From contig CM052817.1 in NCBI GenBank assembly GCA_028534125.1, forward strand, positions 66,900,001-66,964,000: 64,000 nt of DNA, read 5' to 3'. The first letter of the stretch is position 1. Every line of letters starts with the position of its first letter. This document shows positions 12,661 to 23,099 of the stretch, one piece after another. The translations under genes and the position numbers were made by a program. The notes under the pieces were generated by a model, which ran no database searches, was not told the origin of the DNA, and saw only the letters and a list, made by a program, of their open reading frames with translations. The stretch is from Lama glama (taxonomy: Eukaryota).

Positions 12661-13169
12661 TGGATGGATTCTTGAGAACTTCATTCACTGAGTTCTGCTT
12701 TGGCACAAGCCTTTGACCTTCTCAGAGAAATGCTAAACAAACATCTGTGGGAAATCTTCTTTTGCATTTATGACACTGTGGTTAAGGACACTGTCCTCTT
12801 AACTAACCATACAAAACATTTCTTGAAATTCAAATATCAGAAGTTCCTAAGCCCTCAAGGAATGTGTATATATTGCTTTTATGGGAGTGCAAGCCATATT
12901 ACTAACTGTATTTTCTTTTTTGTGTGTTCATCAAGAGTCTCAGAGACATGTTTGAAGTCTAACTTCTGTAAATGATTAGGAGTCTTTGACCTGAATGTCC
13001 ACGTTACAAATTCACTCTGGTGTTGCTCTCATTTTCTATTTTCTCCAGTTTTAATTTTTCATTTATTAATATTCATCTATTTTATTGTATAGATTACTAT
13101 GTATCTTCTATAATCCATAAGAAAACCAATTAGATAATAGAAAAAGATGGAAACTCTTCATTCAAAAGT

Positions 13170-13540
13170 GAAAAATGGAGCCATGGGTTTGAATGAGATC
13201 ACTTGGGAGAGGAGACTAAGTAAGGACAAAGTCAGGGCCAGGATTTGGCACTGAGGAACCTATGCATTTAATCAGTACATAGAGGCAGAGAATCAAAAAT
13301 ACATCCATGCAAAAGAGTCTGAGGAGGGAGGGAGGTGGTCAGGAAAGTTGGAAGCCAAGAGGCAGTAACCTCCTGTGAGGACTACTACTGATAGGTCAAG
13401 GAAATTTAGGACTGAAAAGTGCTCACCAGATTCCTCAGTGAGGCTCTTTGGATAGAGTGTTGGGAAAAGAGTTCAGATTTGAATGGCTTGAGAAGCAAAT
13501 AGCAGGTGAGGAAATGGAAATACAGAATATATGCAACCCA
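13170..13540 (-). mobile_element. LINE-2 fragment
   Basis: gagccatggg..tgaatgagatcact; ggaagccaagag; gtcaag.aa.t.aggactgaaaagtg; gcaggtgaggaaatgga. Confidence 0.65.
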
Positions 13541-15247
13541 TAATTTAATGTTTGTTAGACATTTCTATTTCTTCTTTTGTGAATTCTCTGCTAGTTTTAT
13601 TCTTTTTACATTAGAGTTATATATTTTTATTAGTGTAAGGATATGTCATATATTCAAGGGGTTTTTTTATGTCTATTAAATAGAATGTAAATTCTTTTTT
13701 TTCCCAGTGTGGTTAATGTAACTTTTATATGAACTGGAGGTCTGCTAGTTATGTAAGAGCCACTTCTGATTACATCTTACTCTGTGATGATCTTATATTT
13801 CATCCATTCAATTAATATATATTTATTGCTTTCACTATATACTCAGGGTTAATTTTATAAGAATTTGCACTATAATTTTAATAGAACATTTGCAGCTCAC
13901 TACAGCAGTAATTTTAGTGAATGCAAATGAGATATTTCAAAATCCTTGAGTAAGAACTACAGATTGTAAAAAGAGCTAAAGAGTCATAAATTTTCTAAAA
14001 ATAATCTTTTCCAAAACATAATTTTAGTTACTATTTTGCCAAGAATGAAAACATAAAGCAATTGATCTTAGGCTAAACTCATGCAGTTTATCCTCTGGGC
14101 TAAATAATGTCAAGTCTTACTGTCACACTAATAAAGCATAGTAACTGCATGGGCAATGGCTTTCCCTAAAATAGGGAGGAATGAGGGGATTGGCTCAGGC
14201 ACTGGAATTAAAGACTGATAAAGGAGTTTTTAAAAACTTACCAGGTGTTTGTATCCATAATATTTAAAGCAATGGTAAAATTTACCACAATACATTTAGA
14301 AATTTGTTACCAAATTGACGCCTCATGTTTATTTGTGACTATATATTTTATTTGTCCATAATAAATTTCAAAAGAAATAGAGGTTCTGTGAGTGCTTTGC
14401 ATAACAGTTAGCTTTATGAAAAAGAAATTAAAAAACAAGGTGTAGCATATAAGATAAATTTTTATCTACTTCGCTAAAAATAGAACTTAGTTCAGTTGGA
14501 TTAAATATTTATTTTAATAATTACTTATGTCAGGTGTCCCTGGGTTTGAAGAATGTAAAGTGTTTTTCTGTGTTTGTTAATGCTTTTGGAGTATTAAATA
14601 AAACATATTACTTCCTTAAGATTTCCTGGTAGAATATGGTGACTGTCATTTAAAAAAATTCTTTAAATATTTTAGTCAATACTGGACCCTGTGCCATGAA
14701 ATTATCCTTTTCTATATATTAACAAACCTTCCTAGAGTTTCTCACTTAACCTCAAAAATGTGCTTAGAAAATGGAACAAAATATAATCTATTTTCTAATA
14801 TCCCCGTATATCAAGTGGTGTATGTCATAAATTTAAAAGGATAATGATTTTATTGTACTAACTGTTCTATTAATAATTTTCTTGCATCTACATTTTCAAT
14901 GAAAACATAGGTAATATGTATGTAACGTGTTATACATACATGTAAGATATATAGCATATAAACAAGTGCTAAATTCTAATTTAAATTAAAGTAATAATGT
15001 TGTCTAATTAAACCCTGCAGTCATCACAACTCCCCAGAGCCGTAAGAATGTAGAGCCATAAGAATGGAGAGGCTATGCAACACGTCCTGGAGTGGACTGC
15101 AGTGGTTTAAATCTTGGCTTAACTCTGTGATCTTGGGAAAGCTGAGCATCTTTTAGATAAATGTTATGTTTAAATGTTACATTTCAAAATGGCAAATTTG
15201 TGAAGGATGGTTGAGAGAAACAGGGACTTTTCATTGGCAAATAATTC

Positions 15248-15250
<3 letters not shown>

Positions 15251-15286
<36 letters not shown>
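15251..15286. repeat. (TG)18 microsatellite
   Basis: Direct reading. Confidence 0.97.
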
Positions 15287-15289
<3 letters not shown>

Positions 15290-18282
15290 GGATGGTGAAG
15301 CAGCCTGTGTAGAACTGAAAGATGATTTATTTGCCAATAAAAACACAGCTTTGCAAGAATTTGTAACAAAGCAAAAGGATAAGATATTTCAGGATAAGAT
15401 CAGAACCTGTGAACTCACAATGAAATTTTTAGTAAAGTTACTAATATTATATTAAAAATGTGGAATTAAAAATCAAGCAATTCTCTCAGTGCAGAATGAG
15501 TGCAAAACACTTCAAGGAAAACCCAATACCTTTTACTCAGCAAAATTTGTGACTGTTAGCTTGAGGTTCTCCATTTGTAAAATACAGGTGTTGTTCACTT
15601 AAGTGATACCAACAATCCTTTTCAGGTCTAAGATTTCTGAGGTCATAGGAGGTCGCAAGGACTTTGATGAAAGAAAGACCTAAGTGCCTGAGTCTAAGCT
15701 GAAGTAGTTTTAAAGCTTAGAGGATCTTTTGGTTTTAGGCAGAGGGACAGAATGAATTAAATACATTTTCCATGTAGGCTGTGAGGATACAATTCAGTTT
15801 ATATTAAATGGGGATAAAAAGCACTCATAATTCAACAAGCCAAGTGTTAACACTGTAGTCTAAATGATGTATTCCTTTATCAGTTGAAACCTAATTAGAG
15901 CTTCTATAACTTGACTTTTATTTCAATAAAGCATTAATTACATAGGAAAATATAATTTCTCTGAGCACATACTGTTAACTATGTTCTGTATGGGGCAGGA
16001 AGCCCATGCAGCCACAACCAAAGGCACCATGACTCACCTGAACTTCCTCAGAGGGGTCAACCTTGCCAACTTGAATCAATGCAATAACTGCAAATACCAC
16101 AGGACTAGTTTTCTCAGTTCATGTTTGATAAAACACTAATGCAGAAAGATTTTGTGGACTGGTAAAGTAGAGAATTCTAATAAATGTTGTATTTGTATAG
16201 CCTTTGATTCTAAAATAAATTATCTTTATTTCTGTAATTCTTTTTGTCAATTTCCTGCTCAAATAAAAGTTTTTTTAATTAATAATTTTTTAAAAATTGT
16301 CAGTATCCGAATTGGGTATGCTTCAGATTTTGTTGGAAATTGTGTGTTCCTAAATTTTGAAATGTTTTGGTAATTAAATAATATTTTCTAGTAAGGAAAT
16401 ATTAAAGAATAAGTAGTAAAGTATTTATCGATTTCAAACCAGTAAGTGTGATGAAATACCATTATATTATCTGTTAAAATAACTCCAAGACCATTTCTGA
16501 TTTTGTGTAAATATTGGCAGAAAGGAATTAGGAAAATGACCTCCCTCGCAGACTTGAAATATCAACTTCAGTACTAAATTTTTATCAAAATTCATAGTGC
16601 ATTATTAGCATTTCAAGAAGATTGTGAGAGTTTTATAACCTTCTATCCTAATGCGTCTCCTCTAGATCAGAATGAAGAAAAGTAAATCAAACCAAAACAA
16701 AAAAGAAAGATGCTCAAACCAAAGAAACAGTCCTTTCTTGGTGGAGCAAGATTAGAGGCAATTTCACCTGTTCTCCAACTTGGGGCTAATTTTGTTTCTT
16801 CTTTGTACTCACGTCTGTCCCTACAGAAATGAAAGGGTGAGATACTTGTGGAATATCAGAGACAAAGGGGAAAGGGAAGATTGGCAGTTTCAGAGACTTA
16901 AAAAAATGTGGTTTTGTGCTTATTTAGCCCAGTTAGTGGCAACTAACCACAGCTCCTTCAATTTACCCTCTGGACCTGGCATGAGAAAATTGTTTCTAAA
17001 GATTTGTGTCATCAATACCTCTGTGCTCACTATTTCAAAACAGTAAACACAGAGAATGGACTTAGGGCAGGAAGTTGTTTTTTTCTTAATTTCTCTCATA
17101 GTGGTGGCTTAATGTAGTAAGAATCAGTATTAAGCCTCATTTTACTTTGAAACAATTCGCTAATGTAGAAAAAAAGTGTTCTTTTAGTAGATGAGAATAT
17201 TGAGACTTGAAGTTAAAGTGACATCACCTCCCACCCCATGCATCCCCCATGCAAGCTGCCAGTCACAAAGTGGAGACTGGAATCTACTGGTGTGGTTCAT
17301 TTTAGCATAACATTTGATTAAAGTGTAACTATTCAGTAACAGGTAAAGATTTACCACTGTTTTAACACAGTATGGGTATTTCATAATGTTCAATATGAGA
17401 AAGCAAATGCACCCAGAAATTTAAAAAACTTAAATATGAGAACAAATATTGGAGGTCTATTCAGCTTCTTATAATTGCTTAAGAGTCCCAGAATCCCCAC
17501 TCTAGATGAGGGAACATTCTAAAAATTATCTTAAAGAGTTATAAGGCGGTGTGTCTCATTTGTTAACCATTTATTCTTTGGGTTTTTTGTTTCCCATCAT
17601 CTGAAAGATTTGGATGCCATCTTCCAGGAGCAGGGTTTACCCAGCTCATGGCCTGCACAGATTACTGGAAGTTAAATCTAATGTGAAATTCTGTGCAAAC
17701 TGCTAGCTGACAGCAGTCATTTAGAGGGAGCTTGTTGCCTCTGATAAATCCTGCATAACTGGGAGCCCAAACCAGTGTTGGCTTTGGGGCAAGGATAGAG
17801 ATTGGAATGGGTGGTGATGAGGACCAGCAAACCAGAAAGAGGAGGGTAACTCATCATTCATTTCTCGGATGCAATAGTGACTGACAGAGAGAAGGAAGAC
17901 CAGAAAGTACATTTTACAGATAACATCCTTTTCATGGCAGTTGTTTGAAGCCATTTGAGAAAATGTGCTAGTATTGTTTCTGGCTGAGTTTGTCCTGCTT
18001 GGGAGGACACATTTTCCCGTCCTTCTCATTTGCTTTCTTCAGTCCCTCAAGATGACCTTAATGGAGATCAGGGGGTTAGGGTGGGAGCAGGCAGGCGGTA
18101 GAAGCAGAAACCGGCTCAATTATTAGAGGACTACAAATGGCTTAGTGACCTCCTTTCCTCAAGAACTGTTTTCTAGTCCCTTTCCTTTTATCAAACCAAT
18201 TTTGTCACTTTTTCGTTTGTAACGTTCTCCCACTGCCCAGCTCCTCTTTCTCCCTCCACCATCCTCCCAGCCTTCTCCTCAC

Positions 18283-18830
18283 CTGTCCACCGCTATGGCC
18301 GTCATAGAGTAGATGCTGGCGAACACCGCTGTGATAGGAAAGAAGTTCTGGAAGCGACAGTAGTTGGCGCCGAAGTACCACTCGCTGTGGAGCGCATAGA
18401 TGAAGTTGACCAAGGTGTTGAAGGCGGCCATGGAGGCATCGGAAAAAGCCAAGTTCACGAGGAAGTAGTTGGTAACGGTCCTCATGCGCTTGTGGGCCAG
18501 GATGATCCAGATGACGATAAGATTCCCGAAGACCGCCACGGCCACCACCACGCCGTACGCTAGGGACCAGAGCGCGATGCGCCAGGACGGCTGCACGAAC
18601 TGGTTGGTGAGGTTGGCCCGGGGCTGCGAAGGCGCCGGGGTGGCGGCGGCCAGTCCCAACGTGGAGGAGGAAGCAGAAAGATTGCCAGCTTGGACTAGCA
18701 GTTGCAGCCACCCAGGCTCAGCCACCCCCGTGCCTGCCCCTGGCTGGAACGCAGCGCTCAGGCTCCCGGCGTCCGCTCCCGCTGTTCCTGCACCTTCCGT
18801 CCAGTTCGCGGCTGCGGGGAGCGAAGCCAT
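18283..18830 (-). CDS. TACR3: Tachykinin receptor 3 (NK3R, neuromedin-K receptor), coding exon 1: N-terminus, TM1-TM3, up to the Arg of the DRY motif (182 codons + 2 nt)
   Basis: The translation [10 protein letters not shown]...[22 protein letters not shown]...[82 protein letters not shown] is characteristic of NK3R. The long N-terminus distinguishes it from NK1R/NK2R. The ATG at 18830 has a strong Kozak context (GCG ATG G). The exon ends GAC AG|GTGAG, a canonical donor at the conserved tachykinin-receptor intron position. Confidence 0.98.
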
Positions 18831-19175
18831 CGCGGTGGGTCTGCAGCCCCGGGTCCCTCGACTCACCCACCGCCAGCCCGGGCCGACTCCCACGAAGTTC
18901 TTCTTTGCCTCTTGCCTGCTTTGCTGCGGAGCGGACCTTAGCCCCGCCCGGAAGCGAAATAGGGACGGTATCACAGCCCTCGCTGGTGAAGCGATGCTCT
19001 CAACCCGCAGGTGATGGGGAGCAAGGGCGGCACTTTCTCCGAGGAGTCTGCTAATCTAGCAGGCAGGAAGGATGAAATGGCCGGAAAGAAAGGTGTTAGG
19101 GGCAGTCACTAGCGGAGAAGCCCGGCGCGGTCCCTGCGCGAGTTCCGGGCGCCAGCTGGAACACCGAGGCTCAGG
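18831..19175 (-). other. TACR3: Probable TACR3 5' UTR (TSS inferred about 25-30 nt downstream of the TATA-like box)
   Basis: GC-rich, with no upstream ATG on the minus strand (no 'cat' on plus between 18831 and 19175). The upstream limit is inferred from the TATA position only. Confidence 0.5.
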
Positions 19176-19197
19176 CGCCGCCGCGAGCTTTACGGTC

Positions 19198-19245
19198 TCT
19201 TATAGTCCCTGCTGCGGTGACGCTGTGGGGGCCGCGGCACTGACG
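19198..19245 (-). promoter_or_regulatory. Candidate core promoter: TATAAGA box plus two CRE/ATF half-sites
   Basis: Plus-strand tcttata at 19198-19204 reads TATAAGA on minus, oriented towards the ATG. TGACG occurs at 19218-19222 and 19241-19245. Confidence 0.55.
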
Positions 19246-20271
19246 AACCCCTTCGTGGGCTACCATTGTGCTGCTTTCTTTCACCCCGCCCTTCGGATTT
19301 CATTCACTAGCTCCTCGTGGGAGCTTGGCGGGTGGATACTCTCTAGAAGGGCTGCACTTTCTCAGATGCAATTAAAATCTTTACAAGATTGTTTTCCCTT
19401 TTTCAACGTCAAGATATTTTGCTGAGGTCCCTGCTCTCAGACATTTATTGTGAGCTGTTCTTTTCTAAACCAATTAAACCATTCACCTGTAAGTCATGAT
19501 CCCAGGAGATTTTTCGAAAATAGAATGTGAGGACTCTGCGCACCGTGTGCCTCGCCCTTTATTTAGGTGTCACTGGCTTTTGGAATTTCACTCAACTTAC
19601 TGCTTGTGTGTTTCTGTCCTCGCTTTTCAGATGCCGTTTCCTCTTGCTCCCACTTCCAGAATCCACCCATCTTCCCCCTTCCTCTAATCTCTGTTACCAG
19701 GAAGGAGTCCCCTCGGCTCCGCTTATCCCCAGGTAGAGGGAGACTGGTTTTTCATGGAGGATTCTGCTCAGGTTGGAATGACCTAACACACTGAGGGTAA
19801 ACCAGAAATCCCAAGATGTAGCTGTTTCTTAAAACATGGTGACGAGACTCGAATTTCCTCACTTCCCTGGGATAATTGTATTCTGTAAACAATCTAAATA
19901 CATACACATAGCTATACGGTTTTGGACATTTGGAACCTTGGATTTCACAGTCTGATCGTGAGGACACACAGATGAAAATAACCTTAATTTCCTGGGCAGA
20001 CAGGCCGGCCTGACTTGTGAGTTTTGGATTAGAGCAGGTGAGGTAGGGTGTCCAGTGGATTACAAGCTGGAGAAAGTAGTCTGTGCTTAGATGGACCTCA
20101 CCGGCAACATAGCAGTATGTTCTAGAGCCAAGACTCGGTTTTATTAGTCTCTTGCGGGCAGGTGAGAAGGGATTTAGGGTTACACATATGTTAGCAACCC
20201 CCCCAAAACACTCGAACGCTCCGAGCCTTGATTTCTTCGCTTAAAAATGAAGATTAAAAAAAATCTAGTTT

Positions 20272-20644
20272 TTATTTTTTCATTTTTTTTAGATTCCACA
20301 TATGAGCGATCTCATGTGGTATTTTTCTTTCTCTTTCTGGCTTACTTCACTAAGCATAAATACGAAACAGAAATAGACTCACAGACATAGAATACAAACT
20401 TGTGGTTGCCAAGGAGGTGGGGGGTGGGTGGGAAGAGATAGACTGGGATTTCAAAATTGTAGAATAGATAAACAAGATTATACCGTATAGCACAGGGAAA
20501 TATATACAAGATCTTATGGTCGCTCACAGAGAAAAAAATGCGACAATGAATATGTGTATGTTCATGTATAGCTGAAAAATTGTGCTCTACACTGGAATTT
20601 GACACAACATTGTAAAATGATTATAAATCAATAGAAAATGTTTT
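20272..20644 (+). mobile_element. Young lineage-specific L1 3' end with an inverted 5' segment, inserted into a MIR
   Basis: 20272-20357 is reverse-oriented L1 and about 20352-20644 is forward L1 3' UTR. TSD AAAAAAATCTAGTTT lies at 20257-20271 and 20645-20659, at a TT/AAAA site. The MIR core (gagccttgatttcttc..ttaaaaatgaagatt ... cagggtaattatgggga) is split by the insertion. Confidence 0.9.
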
Positions 20645-22891
20645 AAAAAAATCTAGTTTACAGGGTAATTATGGGGATGAGTAGTTTCAACATACTTTCA
20701 GCTGCACCAGACAGGAGGGAGACCTCAATAAACGTTAGTGCCCCTTTCCCTTGTCATTGTGTGTCTCATCTACACATTTTTGGATTAAATGTATCAGAGC
20801 AACAAGTTCTATTTGCTTCAAGAGCAGATAGCTTGTGATTTGAGAGCATTCTGTAATTTATTTCCTGGTTCAGTACCTATTCTTCAAAAACTCTGTTTAT
20901 TGTACAAATGGACTTAGGGCGACCGGTAATGAATAACATTTTCCTTCTTTAATTTTTTTATGACAAAAAGGTAATATATATAAATAATTTTGAGACAACC
21001 TGATAATTATATTGACACAATCCAGCTTCAAAATACCATGCTGAAAATGATAATTATCAAGGGTTACTATTTTCTGTTTCTTCCCAGAAAGGCCTGCAAA
21101 AATATGTAATAAATCATAAGTAAAGTTAATAGAGATTCCACACTTCCTGCTTACTAATTCTAAATTAAATCATTTTCTCATGAAAGGCAAATTACTTCTT
21201 TCTATCAACTCACCATCTGAAATTACTTGAGTTACAAATGAAAGCCTCTTCTCTAATGAAATCAAAGAAGAATTAAAAAAATCCTTTGTATGACACACCA
21301 TTTATCAAGATTACAAAATGGGCCATGTTGTGGTTTGGCAGTTATGCATATTTTGATTAAATATTTAAAGTTGTAAAATTACTCAGCTGTGTAGGAATCT
21401 ATTCAGTTTATACTGTTGCTTTACTTATCCATACAGAATATTATAAGTCTGTGATCTTGTCCTTATTAGACTTAACACATGAGTAGAGATGATACGCGAA
21501 AAATGAGTGGTGATGGAATTAGAAGAAGTTACAATGAAAGGGGTGTAAAGTGTTGTTTACTTTCAGAGGAAGAGAGGGATCCAGGTCATGGCTTTACTTT
21601 TAGATTTGCCTTACATAGAGAGAATCCCCCTGTGTCCCAGTAGGGCAGTCGTTATCCATTCATTTCTTCAGTCATTCCTTTAACATGTATTGAGTGTACT
21701 TCCTTCCAGGAGCTATACCAAGTACTAGGGAGGTAGCAATGAAACAACCAAATGTGAATTCTGTCCTCAGGGAGTCTGCAGTCTAGCAGTATTTTTTGAC
21801 ATTAAAACAAGTATTGTGAGTGGTAGAATAGGCAAGTACAGAGAAAAATGAGAATGTGTAGCTAAGTAGGAGGATGTTGTGCCCACTGGATTCTGGACTC
21901 TGTCAACTTCTCTTAAAAATTTCTTTGTGAGGATAAAATGAAGTGCCAAAAAGAAAGATAGACTTAGGAGAAACTTATGCCTTAAAAGATGGGAAGGTTT
22001 AGGAGATAATGGTTACGGAGGAGGTTTGCCAACTAAGAGAATTTGATGAATAATATGACCATTGTAGCTCCAGAGTCTGAATCCTGCCCTTATCTGAGTC
22101 ACTCTGCTGGTTTCCCAGTTCTTTCTCTTACCATAAGAACGCCAAATGCCTTAGCCTTGGACCACTGAGGAAAGGAGCCGAGAGGCTGAAAATATGGTAG
22201 CACACTAGGTGACGTAGAGAAGAATCCTATACTCCCACATTTAAGACCTGGGAGTATTTGTGAGAGTGTCCCTATGCAAATGCATGAGGATACTGGGAGA
22301 TTAGCCAAGCATGGGACCCTAGGAGACATTAATAGGTTTTAGATAATAGTGTGTAAATCTCGGTTTGACTGCATAAATGTAATACAAATTATGATTATTT
22401 ATGTGAATGCTTGCAATTTATTCTTGATGCAAGAAATGTTTGCCTATTTTATTATGCACAATAGATTACATTTCTTCCAAATTTTGTTTACTCTCCATAT
22501 TTTCACTTAGAATACATACTTGTTATGTTTCCCAGTGATTTGCTAGCAATTTACACTAATAGAATGGATGCTGGTCATATATTAATTATTTTTTCTTCTC
22601 TTACAATTCAAGGAGATAATATGGCATATTTCATACTTGTATTATTTTAACAGGCTTCCTAAAAAATACGTATAACAGGGTAGAATTTCAGGTAGTGTTG
22701 CTGGCTAGTAAAGGAGTTATTTTTGGAAAAAGAAAGGTTGTCAAATTTCTAGATGTCTGTCTCCGACAATAATCTTCTGTTTGACAGTTCTCTTACATTT
22801 TTTTCAGTATGTTTATTGTTTCCCACTATAATGAAAATTTCTTTTTCACTTTAATCGGTGACAGATTCTGATAGTCCATTCTTTGACTCTT

Positions 22892-22993
22892 TTAAAAAAT
22901 ACATTTTTTAATTGAAGTATAGTCAGTTTATGATGTGTCAGTTTCTGGTGTACAGCACAATGCTTCGGTCATATAGGAACTTACATATATTCA
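22892..22993 (-). mobile_element. About 100-bp lineage-specific L1 3' terminus
   Basis: ttgaagtatagtcagttta...tttctggtgtacagcaca; perfect TSD CATTCTTTGACTCTT at 22877-22891 and 22994-23008. Confidence 0.88.
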
Positions 22994-23099
22994 CATTCTT
23001 TGACTCTTGCTTTATGTTTTTTCCCTCTATTGTTTCATCGTCCTTGTTTTGCAGTTACATTGGATCATTTCTACCCTCTGAATTTTGGACTGCTACAAA

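Larger units (their letters stand above)
1..18282 (-). other. TACR3: TACR3 intron 1 (5' part; continues beyond the window start)
   Basis: Starts with GTGAG at 18282-18278 on the minus strand. No ORF resembling exon 2 (YMAIIDPLKPR...) appears in the ORF track or in my reading of 1-18282. Confidence 0.9.
18280..19340. promoter_or_regulatory. CpG island covering the TACR3 promoter and exon 1
   Basis: Abrupt switch to high GC and dense CpG against a CpG-depleted AT-rich background; GC boxes at 18942-18949, 19026-19031 and 19284-19291. Confidence 0.9.

Noticed and set aside
18205..18711. 168-aa alternative-frame ORF on the minus strand
   Set aside because: An out-of-frame shadow of the GC-rich exon with a non-ATG start, running through the splice donor.
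18279..18974. The 231-aa ORF as a complete single-exon protein
   Set aside because: The stop is the intronic GTGA of the donor site, and the homologous start is the ATG at 18830. It is exon 1 of a multi-exon GPCR, not a truncated gene.
18469..19014. 181-aa plus-strand ORF antisense to TACR3
   Set aside because: Non-ATG start; it is the mirror of a GC-rich coding exon, where stop-poor antisense frames are expected; no recognisable domain.
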